64,000 bases of DNA from Eledone cirrhosa. Taxonomy: Eukaryota. The notes beneath the pieces were generated by a model. The model saw only the letters and a list, made by a program, of their open reading frames with translations, did no database searches and had not been told where the DNA came from. The stretch covers positions 44,702,001-44,766,000 of the forward strand of contig OZ024741.1 of assembly GCA_964016885.1 (NCBI GenBank), written 5' to 3'. A program made the translations under genes and the position numbers. Shown piece by piece: positions 28,029 through 40,086 of the stretch; within the stretch, counting starts at the first letter, position 1; each line of letters starts with the position of its first letter.

Positions 28029-31000
28029 GAGAAGGGAAGAAGACGCACGTGGTGGAGAAGGTCATGAAATCGCTCGCGTAAGTTTTTGATTTTTAACATA
28101 TTTAAATCAATTGTGAAATAACAATTCTTAGTACAAATGATGCATAAAGCACCGGACTCAAGTCTCAGAAAATTCGTATCCATAATATATTGTTATATCG
28201 CTTAAATATTCAATTTTGTATTATACATTTTATATTCAAAAAAGAAAATGGTTATAAATGGAAGAAAACCCCCTTTGTCTACACTATATAGAACAGCCAA
28301 ATAACAGCAATTTCACCAACACCAGAAACTAGATACACCACCTACCTCATAACCCCTCTGTGTACACTAAATACAACAGCCAGATAACGGCAATTTCACC
28401 ACCACCACCACCAATCCCAGCATAATAATAATAATTACTACTATTATTATTGTCTCAAGTTTTAACAAAATGTTTAATTCCAATATTAGGAAAAATATGT
28501 CAACACATATATTAAACATACGCGACAAACGCATAGATACACAGATCAAACAAAACTACAGTCTATTCAACAAAACTCAGTAACGACAACGCCATCACTA
28601 TAGTCACCGCCGCCACCACTCCATCCATCATTGCTACCACTATGCCATCAACGCCGCCACCACTCCTTCATTGCTTCCACCACTATTCCCCATTACCTTC
28701 TGTTAACTTAAGTAAGGGGAAGGTGGCGGTATCACTAGAGAAGGGAGAGTCTAGCAAAAGATATAAATAGATTGACTTAGTGACCCGGCCACCGGCCAAA
28801 CGTCAACGACTATGGCACTGCTAGCTTCCCCCTTCCCCACCAACAATAGAAAAAGCCCCAGCACCACCACCGACATAGCCAACAACAATAACAGGCAACT
28901 TCAGCAAAAAGTATATTATATTATTAATAATTGCATTCTTAATCCACGCAATGCTCACATTAAGGAACCACTCATGATAACAATGTAAAAAACAACAAAA
29001 AAGAAAACCCCGTGACCAAGAAATACCGGGATGGCAGGCGACGGGGAATAGCCGTGTCTCTAGGGGAGGACGACCCCTCTAGTCTTGGTTGACACTCGTC
29101 TTAGAAGTGGTAACACGAAATGATTACCCCTTGGCGGATAAGGATAAAACGCGATAAAATAAAGTAAATGTCTAATGATAAAATCTCATACCGGATCGGC
29201 CGTCACCCAGGTCAAAAAGGGCCGTGTCCCTCAGAGAGGAACCAGACTGGGGTCGAAAAATAAGCTAATGGTTCAAACCTTCCCATCACTTCGGAGCTGG
29301 AGACCTCCCATAACCGGAATACTCCTACTGTTGGCCCTCCATGCTTACCACCAAGAAATCCAAAGAAAAAGAGAGAAAAATGGTCAAGGGAAGATAATAA
29401 AGAAGTCCTTGAGGCTTTCTACACTGCCGGGTACTACCCATCAAATACATCGAATACAGAACAGACATATATCAACTGGAAAAAGAAACATCCCGAAAAC
29501 AGAGGCTATATTGACAGTAATAAACTAGCCAATATACGAAGAAATATTGTTAAAAAAAAGTTACTAACTGATATAGAAATTGATCAGATCAAGCTATTAG
29601 CACAAAGTCAGCGAAGGGAACATGAAACATGTGTCAGTGAACACGAGGTAAATTGTAACACTTCGAACCCCAGGGTTGGGGCGGAATCACTGGCAACAGA
29701 ACAAATTAAAGAAAGGATCGAAAAAGTGGAGGGAGTGCATGCTCAAGATGAAATTCCAAATGAAAACAAATGAGATCGTAAATGATAAAGAAATGAACGA
29801 GAATGAACTTGCCAACTTGAAGGATGAAATTATGATCGAATGGATGAAAATGAAAGAATCTGACATGGGGGAACGAGACACCCTCCCTAAGATCCAGAAC
29901 TCCAAACAGAACCAAAAGATAATACACAAGACTAACATAATTCTCAAATACATTATCATCACAAACAAACTAAACATTACTGATTTAAATCATCTCTATT
30001 ATGCATCGGCTAAAGTCACCACTCACTTATGTGGAGTGAAGATGAAAAAACAAAGGAATTCCCACAAGAAATCTAATTGGCAAGAGAACATCAATCGCCA
30101 AATAAACCTTCTCCGATCTGTCATAGACATTTTAACAAACCACAAAGTAGGTGAACATGTTAAACAAACAAAACTTAGAAAATTGAAAAGAAAATACAGT
30201 ATAAAATCGACAAGTGACATAGACATGCTGATAGAAATAATCAAGCAAAAAGTGTCGGCCAAAGCTGCTTGTATAAGGCGCTTTGAAAAACGATCTAGAT
30301 TCTATAAGGACAATAATATGTTCAAAAACAACCAAAGAAACTTCTACAGAAAAATTGGCAAGTCAACAATAACTGCTAAATCAATACCACCCAAGGAGGA
30401 AGTGAAAGAATTCTGGGAAAAGATCATAATATACATGCCCCATGGATAGACAGACAAATGAAAGATACAGCTCACCTTGAGGAAAAAACATGGGAAAATA
30501 TAACAGTTGAACAGTTGCGTTTGGCTCTTAGAAAAAACAGCAAATAGAAATCCCCAGGAAAAGATAAAATACCAAATTTTTGGATAAATGCTTTCACAGA
30601 GTCTCATGAGCTGTTAGCCCAACTTTACAAGGAAATAGTTAAGGAGCCAGAAAAGATACCATCATGGCTAGTTAACGGCATTACATTCCTACTTCCGAAG
30701 AATGATGAGACAAACAATCCCAAAAAATTACAGACCGATAACATGCTTACCCACAATGTATAAAATTTTAACATCATTCCTAACTGAATATATATATGAT
30801 CTATTTCCTAATGAGCAGAAAGGGTGTAAACGAGGCTCATATGCCTGTAAAGATCAGCGTTTGGTTAACAAAATGATACTGGAAGATTGTCATTATAGAC
30901 ACAAAAATCTATCAGTTGCTTGGATGGATTAAAAAAAAGCATTCGATAGTTGGCCACACAGTTGGTTTGAAAAATGTTTAGAGATTTTCAAAATATCTCC

Positions 31001-32912
31001 CATTGTCAGGAGGTTCTTGTCATTCAGTATGAAGACATGGAAAACGACACTCCTTTTGAATAGTAAAACAAAATCACCGGAAACTGGAGAAGTTAATATT
31101 AATTGTGGAATTTTTCAGGGTGACACTTTGTCACCGCTTTTATTCTGCATCGCACTTATACCATTAAGTAAAATGCTCAATGAAACAAAACATGGATATA
31201 AAGTCTATGACAAAACCATTAATCACTTGTTCTACATGGATGACCTGAAACTATTTGCAAAAAATGATGAACAATTGCAAGGGCTATTATCCACTGTGGA
31301 GCAGTTCAGTGATGACATTAAAATGGAGTTTGGACTAGATAAATGCGCCAAAGCAACGTTCACCAGAGTAAAGCTGCTGAAAAGTTCAGACATTAATCTT
31401 GATAGGGGGAATGTGATAAGACAACTAGACCAAGAGGAAACATACAAATATCTAGGTGTTTGTGAAGGAGACGGAATCAAGCACTCGACAATGAGGGAAA
31501 GGATAAGGAAGGAATGTTACCGCAGAGTAAGAGCAATCTTAAGAACGGAATTGAATGCAAGGATCGACGCGATAAACACGCTTGCCATATCCGTAGTAAC
31601 CTACATTTAAATTGTCATCAACTGGTCAAGCACAGAGATCCGTAGGCTCGATACAAAAATTAGAAAATTCTTAACCATCTACAGAATGCATCACCCTAAG
31701 GCAGATACAGATAGAATGTATCTCCCTAGGAAAGAAGGAGAATCTGGGTTAATCCAGTTAGATATTGCGTTGAAAACTGCAACAATTGGATTATCTACAT
31801 ATCTAAGGGAATCACATGATTGGATGATCAAACTCGTTTTGAAACACGAACGCATGAAAAGATCATACTCCATTACAAAAGATCAACAAAGATACAGTAA
31901 TGGACTACACATTTCAGAAGTTCAATTTACTGCTGAAATGAAAAACACAGAAAAAGCAAAGCAGGTAAAAGTAACTGCTACAGAAACTGGCTGAGAAATG
32001 GCAAGAAAAGGCTCTGTATGGAAAATAACCAGAAATAGCTAACAATCCTGATGTTACAATACGTTAACCCATCAGTGGTTGGCATCCTCTGGACTGAAAT
32101 CGGAGACTGAAGGACTGATTATATCAGCACAAGATCAGTGTCTGCTAACAAAAAATTACCAAGCCAACATAATAAAAAATGGATGCAACCCATTATCCCG
32201 TGTATGTAAAAAAACAACCAGAGACCATTGATCATATAATTTCAATGTGCAGTCCTATGGCTCCAACCGAATACCTAAACAGGCATTACAGAGCTGCACA
32301 ATATATTCATTGGATAATGTGTAAGCATTTTGACCTGCCCCATCAAAAGAATTGATGGGAGGATCAACCACCTCCTATACTTGAAAAAGATCACATCTCA
32401 TTCTTGTGGAACTTTAGCATCCAAACAGACCGAAAAATAGATGCAAATAGACCTTATATAATACTGAAGGACTTTAAAAAGAGTGTATACCTGCTAATTG
32501 ATATGTCCGTTCAAATAGACAAGAATGTATCTATAAAAACATTTGAAAAATTGAGCAAGTATAAGGACCTGGAGATAGAAATTGGAAAAATGTGGAAATT
32601 GAGAACTAAAACAATACCAGTGGTTGTAGGCGCTCTGGGAATGATACCTAGGGGGTCTAATGATTACTTATCGCAAATCCCAGGAAGCCCGCGTATAAGA
32701 GAAATACAAAAGATAATACTAATGGGAACTGCCCATATACTAAGGAAGATTCTGTCAATATAAGTACATCACAATATAAGTACATCACCTAAAGATGCAT
32801 GTGTGTGTATGTATGTACTTTCTTGAACATGGCGGATGTTGTTATCTCTTGAGGTCACTGGTTGTGACATTGTGATAACTCGTCTGAACATAAAGCAAGT
32901 TATATGCAACTG
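28029..32912 (+). mobile_element. Dong/R4-clade element, apparently full length with ~1.1-kb leader, multiply disabled (Dong-2)
   Basis: Colinear with 38929-43870; ATG 29168; fragmented RT/RLE ORFs to 32763; (TAA)n tail 32913-32940. Confidence 0.92.
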
Positions 32913-32940
32913 TAATAATAATAATAATAATAATAATAAT

Positions 32941-35900
32941 GATTTCATTTATTAGCCACAAGGGCCGACATGTAGGGGACAATACAAAGACACGGACAGT
33001 GGGGGTTTACAATAAGGTCGAGTAAAAGTGCACAATGGCAAGACTAATTTAACAATGAAAATATAAAAATATAACATAAACTATGCATAAATATAACAAA
33101 ATAAATTCCCCGATAGGGGGTGGTCAACCCTGGGGTGATTCGGGTACCCCACCAATCCTGAACCACCCTGCGCTTCTAGGGCACCCAGGAGAGCACTCCT
33201 CTCCTCAAGTTAGCCACCCTCACCCTCCTTTCCAGGTGAAACTTGAAGAAGTTGATGAGGGATTGGCCGATGAGAAAAGTGTCTGTCTTTAGTCCTTTCA
33301 ACCTGGTCCACCATATAATCTCTTTCGCAACTGCCACCAGACAGAGGAAAATGTCCTGCTCTTCCTGACCTAAGGAAGGTGGCGGCTCGATCTTCACTAT
33401 GGACTCGGCCGATAGCCGGATTCGTTCCACACGCGACAGTAGCTGTTCGACATAACTCCACAAGTCAGTAATGCACGGACATTGGACAAGTGCGTGCAGA
33501 ACGGTTTCGTCGTTCTGTGCGCATCTTGGGCAGGTCCGTCTGAAAGCACTTCCGTGCCTGTAGAGTTTATCCTGAACCGGCAGTGCCCCCCGGTAGCACT
33601 GCCAAGCGAGGGATTTCTGGAAATTGTCCAACGTCCCCGGTTCAAAAGTTCTCCGGTACAGACTGGTCAGTTCGACTTCGTCGAGGCCCAAAGCTTCTCC
33701 GAGTGCGTCATCGCACTTGCCCACCACTAATCCTCTATAGAACTCGAGAGTGGAAGTTCCACTGATCGCATTCCCCGCTTGGTAGAGGGCAGTGAGTGCC
33801 TGGCAACATTCCAGGTGCCAGACACCCAGTCTCGGTCTCTTCTTGACCCAGGACTGCAGCTCAGTCAAAGAAATGAGCTGCAGAAAGGCTCGTCTGATAA
33901 ACGGCGACCACACCTGTTCACCATTGAGGCAGAATATCTGGAGATGTCGCAGCCTCAACGCATGTCTGCGCATCATTAGCCACGGCATGCCCAGCCCTCC
34001 GCGTAGAGGGTGCTGGCAGCAGATGGACCGCCTCACCAACGGAACTTATCCCCTCCACAAGAATTTGAAGAGGAGCCGTTCCAACTTGATGAGGCGCGGA
34101 CGGGGGCAAGGCACGACGGTTAGGCGGTAGTAGATGACGGACGCGATGTACGCATTCGCCACCTCCGCGCGACCTTTCAGTGATAGCTTCCTCCCAGCCC
34201 ATTTTTGGGTGAGACTGGCTACTCTGCTCGTTACCTCGTCCCAATTCTTTTCCACTTGGAGGTCTGTTCCGAACCAAACCCCGAGCAACTTTACTGGTCC
34301 GTCCGTCCAGCGCCCCACGACGCTGTTGGACGGCATGGGCTTGCCTCTCCAGGTTCCGAGCTGCAAGCCCACCGACTTTTCCGGGTTAAGTTTGGCTCCT
34401 GTCAAACTTTCATATTCCTTCAATAAGGTGCCGACCACCTCGATTTCTGAGGTGTTCGACACCATCACGGTGATGTCGTCCGCATAAGCCGACACCGCCT
34501 TTCCACGTCCCGGTTCGAGCGGGATGCCCTGCAACAGCTCCATCTTCCGCAGTAAAGGCTCGAGAGTCAATACGTACAGAAGGGAAGAGAGAGGGCACCC
34601 TTGACGGACCGATCGGGAGAGCCGAAATGGTTCTGAGAGGTGGGCATTAACCTTGACCACCGAGCGTGTGCCGCTGTGCATTGCAACTATCCAGCTTCTA
34701 AAGACAGGGCCGAAGCCAGCTGCTTGGAGGACAAACTCCAGATACTGATGGTCGACCCTATCGAATGCTTTCGATTGATCTAAATTGATCAGTGCCCCAC
34801 CGAAGCCAGGTTTACACCCTACCCTCTCTATGATGTATCGCATGAGGTGGAGATTGTCGTGTATGGACCTGGCTGGGATTGCGCAAGTTTGCGCCTCCCC
34901 AACCAAATCCTCGACGACAAGCGCCAATCTCTTTGCTAACACCTTGGCCAAAATCTTAAACTCTGTGTTGAGCAGAGTTATGGGCCTGAAGTTGTCTCAT
35001 GTATCCCTCTTGTTCTCGTCTTTCCTTATCAGCGTCACTACTCCCCTGCTCACAGAACTGGGAATACTCCCATTCTGCTGCCAGTTACAGTAGAGTGCTT
35101 CGAGGAGTTCGGAGAACAAGTCTGGCATATTTACGTAAAGCTCGTAGGGCAGGCCATCCAAACCGGGTGACTTGCGCCTCATGCAGCCGACAAGGGCGTC
35201 CTGAATTTCGGCTGAAGTAATCGGCCTTTCGCAGCGCTCAGCGTCGACCCTCGAGATGCGCGGAAAGCCGTCAAGGTAGAGACTGAAATCTGCTACTCTC
35301 TCTGACTCGCCACTCTCCCTGAACAACCGAGCAAAGTGCTGGCAAAAGGCCTCACACATCCGCTTGGAATCGCTTATCTCGTGTCCGTTTGGGTCCGCCA
35401 AAGACCGAATTGTGGTTTTATTACCACGCTGCGCCTCCGCCACGCGGGCCCATCGAACAGCTTTAGTTCCCTCGTTTCTCAGCGCACGCGCCTTAGCTCT
35501 GACAATGCAACCTTCGTGTTTGGCATTGAAGAAATGGTCTAATGCCATTCTCGCCGCGAGCACGTCAGTTGCGATGCCACTACAAATAGCCTCGTCTAAC
35601 TTATCTACCAGCTCCCCCTCCTTTCTATTTTTCTCTAACGCTAGTTCTTTGCTGAACTCTATCGAAGTTACTCTAATCTCTCTTTTGAGAGCCCCCCACC
35701 ATCTGTTGTTGATGATCCCCCCTGTCAACTTTTGCTTAACTAACTTGTTGACTCGGTCCCTGTAAGCCTTACGTGACGGAAATGACATGTTCAGCTTCCA
35801 GTAACCCGGTCCTAACCTACGCGTTTTATTAAGGTCGACCGTACAGAACACAAATTTGTGATCTGAATAGGCGACCGTTTTAAAAAGTGGACAGCCCACA

Positions 35901-38733
35901 CTATTTCTATCTATTTTCCTAATGAAGATTCTGTCTATATACGATCTAGATGACCCCATTCGGTTGGTCCATGTCCATACTGGCACATTGGGGAAATCTA
36001 GTCGATACCTGTCAGACAGTTGGAACTGGCTGAGTAGGTGCTTGAGGCTTTTGCACCCCTCGCTCCTATCGGCTACTCCCACACAATCCCAGCGTGCGTC
36101 TAAGATGCTATTCCAGTCCCCCCGCTAACAGTAAAGGGCGAGACGTACCCAGAAAGGTCTCCAGGCGCCTAAAGAAGTCAGGTCGTCCGGCCCCTGTAGG
36201 GGCGTAGACGGCCAGCAGTCTAAAGGCACCACCTTCGCTACTATTCACATCCAAGACCACCAACTTACCGTCCGGGTCCCGGAAGATCTAACTTACCTCG
36301 AGATCCAGTCCTTTCCTAAACAGCACTGCCACCCCACACCTCATTCCCGGCCTGCTAACAGATGCGAAGATCTGATAGACGTCGAAAATGGGGGCTAGTG
36401 CGCGCGTGTCAGAAATTCTGGTCTCGCTTACGGCAATCACATCCATTTCCAGCGACCGGAGGTCGTTGAGCAGGCGACCCTGCTTCCAGGGTGACGCCAG
36501 GCCGCGAAGATTTAAACTTCCTACTCTTAATATGGCTATATTGGTAAGCTAAGAGAGAGGGAGAGGGAAGGTTTACTTACCTCCCGGGTCTTGTGAAGGT
36601 CGGGTGGTTCGACCTCCATGGTTGGTGGGGTTTCTTTTGGGAACCCCTTTAAAAGTCTTGATGTGGGTTTCACATTCGGGTTTCCCACGTCTTGAGGAAA
36701 GCTCTCTCGAATTTCTTTGAAGGAATTGAGTGACATTCGGACCAGAAGCAAATCTTCTGGCACGCAAAATGTGCTCATTTCAAAAATCTCCCCCTCTGTT
36801 TGAATGTCCTCGCTTCGCGTTAAGAGGGCCATCAGTTTATCGTTGGCCTTTCTGACAAGCACGAAGTTTTTAACATTTTGTTGGTGTGGTCTTATTTGTT
36901 TTCGTTTTGATGAGGTGGTGGCGATGGTTTTGGTGGTGTTGTTTCGGGTATGTCTATGTTTGTTGTAGGTGTGGTGTCTGCAATTTCAGGTATGTGTGTG
37001 TTTATTTGTACTTGTGTTTGTTTAGGTTGTTTGCGTTTCGAGGATTGTGGAGGTGGTGTCGATGTTGCTGATGGCGCTGATGTTATTGGGGAAGTGTTTG
37101 CGTTAGTGGTGTCTGTATTTTTTGTTGTGTGTGTTTTTGTGTTTTGTTGGGGCTTTTTCTTTTTGTGTGTGTTTTCTCTGTTTTTTTGCACTTTTGGGTT
37201 TTCCTTCATCTTCGCTGCTGGAAGACAAAGGGTCTGTGTCTGTGAGTGTCTCTGTGTCTGTGTGTGCGTTTTTTTTTGTCTATGTGTATAATTGGGAGGG
37301 TAGGGGGAGTGGGAGAGCTTTCCTCGTTTTCTCCTTGGATTGGTGTTGGTGTTGGTGGTGATCCGGCTGCTTTTGATGTTGGTGTCCGTGTTTTTGTTGA
37401 TGTTGTTTTTGGTGGTGGTGCAGCTTTCCGTGCTGACACTGGCGTTGGCAACAAAGGAGGTTTGCGAGCCCCTGCATTTTTGCGCTGAGGGCAGAAGCCT
37501 TGAAGATGCGTTGCTTCCCCGCAAACGAAGCAGCGTGGCCTTCTTCCGTCAATCATTAGTTGGATTGTTGTCCCGTCCTGCAGGCGGGCAAAATCTGGGA
37601 TGTTATTCATATCTTCCGGTTTCATTTGGAGAAGAATCTCCAAATCCATTCCGGACCAGTCCTCTCTCTCTGTCCTTTTGATGTCCAGGAGGGTGGTGTC
37701 TGTCCCCTCCTCGATTACGCATCCCAGCAGCCACCATATGTTCATTCCTGGTGGGATGCTGGGAATGCGTACCTTCTCTGTCCTTTTACCCATATAGGAC
37801 GGATGCATGATAATGCGTTCCGTTCTGCAGGGGGTCACCGAGTGCTTAATAGCGAGGGCCTCGGTTTTGAACAGTACCGAGATGGTACCTAACTGTTTGC
37901 CTCTTGCTTTGTACTCTATGTTACTTCCGATGTACTCCAATGCAGCCTCTACCTCTGCTTGGCTCGCAAGTTCCACTTTTCGTGTCTGCACCGAAATACA
38001 TCGAAAGAGCACCGTCCTCCTTTGCATGGCCGCTATTGCCTCGTCCGGGATGGTCAGGTTTGCCCAGGACTTCTCCCGTTTAATTAGCCTCCACGCTTTG
38101 GCCAACTGTTCGTCTTTATCGCTGATATCAATATCAATATTCAATAAGCGCTTTGTTTTTGCTGCTGCTGCAGCAAATGTGGTGTTTCTGATGCTCTTAT
38201 TGTTGTTGTTGTCATTCTTGCTGTTGCCACTGCCATCCTTGTTTACATTGAAGCTGTCGGTGTTATTGTCGTTATTGCTCTGAGTTGTTGTTGTGGTGGT
38301 GGTGGCGGTGGTGGTGATGTCGTTTTCAGATGATACTGCTGCTATGGCAGAAGGTTGTGATGGTAGCTTTTTAGTTTTGCCTTCACATTCAGTAGAGTGG
38401 ATGACAGGCATGACTGTAGCCGTCGTAGTCGTGGTGAAATCTGCAGTGGCTGTATTTAAACTTTTGACCTGAACGTTGTTTACCGTTTCAAGGTCGAAAA
38501 TTTCCATAATTTTCTTTTGGTGGGGAAGCGATTTTTTTCGAAGTTTTTAAAAAATAAATCTGAATATTCGGGCTTAAAGCCCGAATATTGAGAGGTATCC
38601 CTCTCTTTAAATCAAGATGTGTACCTTAAGTTTCGTTAATGACAAGAAAATACCAGAAAAAGACACTTTAAAACAGCTTAAAGCTACGAACCTTTTCCCC
38701 CGCAGACTTGTCTGTCTTCAGACATGTGCGGCC
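32941..38733 (-). mobile_element. Tx1-clade LINE, full length, second family (Tx1-c), few frameshifts
   Basis: ORF1 from 38507 with GRRPRCFVCGEATHLQGFC (CCHC); ORF2 APE ~36540-36000; RT 34046-34951 (DQSKAFDRV, VRQGCPLS, YADD); C-terminal 33176-34039. 3' end GGCCCTTGTGGCTAATAAATGAAATC(ATT)n. Confidence 0.96.
36536..38507 (-). pseudogene. Tx1 ORF1 (gag-like nucleic-acid-binding protein with zinc knuckle), frameshifted
   Basis: 433-aa ORF 37206-38507 plus shifted continuations; homologous to 54237-55811. Confidence 0.85.
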
Positions 38734-39789
38734 AATAATTATAATAATGATAATAGTAATAATAATGGTTTCATCGAAGACATTTTTGAAAAGATTTTTC
38801 ATGTGGCACAGGATGGGTTCTACATTAAGTTGTTCCTGACATGTATATCGCGTTTCAAATTCGTTTTCCTTTCAATTGGATATTTGATATTCTTTTCCCC
38901 CATCTTGGCTAAACTATGGCAAATAATAAGGGAAGAAGACGCACGAGGTGGTAGAAGGTCATGAAATCGCTTCCGTAAGTTTTTGATTTTTAACATATTT
39001 AAATCAATTGTGAAATAACAATTCTTAGTACGAATGTTGCATAAACCACCGAATCAAGTCCCATAAAATTTCGGATCCATATTATATTGTTATATCGCTC
39101 AAATATTCAATTTTGTATTATATATTTTGTATTAAAAAAAGAAAATGGTTATAAATGGAAGAAAACACCCTCTGTCTACACTATATAGAACAGCCAAATA
39201 ACAGCAATTTCACCAACACCAGAAACTTGATACACCACCTACCCCATCACACTAAATATAACAGCCAAATAACGGCAATTTCCCCACCACCACCACCACC
39301 AATCCCAGCATCATAATAATAATTACTATTATTATTGTCTCAAGTTTTAACAAAATGTTTAATTCCAATTTTACGGGAATATGTCAACACAATATATATT
39401 AAACATACGCGACACACACTCATAGATACTACATATCACAAAACTCAGTAACGACAACGCCACCGCCGCCACCACTCCATCCATCATTCTTCCCTTATTG
39501 CTACCACTATCCCATCACCGCCGCCACCACTCCTTCATTGTTACCACCACTATTCCCCTGTTAACTTGAGAGAGAAAGGGGAAGGTGGCGGTATCACTAG
39601 ACAAGGGAGAGGCTAGCAAAAGATATAAATAGATTGACTTAGTGACCTGGCCACCGGCCAAACGTCAACATCAACAACTATGGCACTGCTGGATCACTCC
39701 TTCCTCACCAACAATATAAAAAGCGCCACCACCACCGACATAGCCAACAACAATAACAGGCAACTTCAGCAACAAGTATATTATATTAG

Positions 39790-39842
39790 TGTAATGCACT
39801 GGGTGATTGCTGGCCTTGTGCCTGGAGTGGAGACAATTATTA
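39790..39842 (+). mobile_element. SINE 3' fragment inserted in the Dong-3 leader
   Basis: GTAATGCACTGGGTGATTGCTGGCCTTGTGCC..GAGACAATTATT; absent at the homologous Dong-2 site (~28920). Confidence 0.85.
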
Positions 39843-40086
39843 ATAATTTCATTCTTAAGCCACGCAATGCTTACATTAAGGAACCACTCATGATAATAAC
39901 AATTTAAAAAAACAACAAAAAGAAAACCCCGTGACCAAGAAATACCGGGATGGCGGCCGGCGGGGAATAGCCGTGTCTCTAGGGGAGAACGACCCCTCTA
40001 GTCTTGGTTGACACTCGTTCTAGAAGTGGTAACACGAAATGATTACCCCTTGGAGGATAAGGAGAAAACGCGAGAACATAAAGTAA

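Noticed and set aside
29008-29100. Calling the Dong 5' structure an HDV-like or twister ribozyme
   Set aside because: No UCCxCG-type L3, no J4/2 catalytic C segment and no twister signature; kept only as an unclassified structure.
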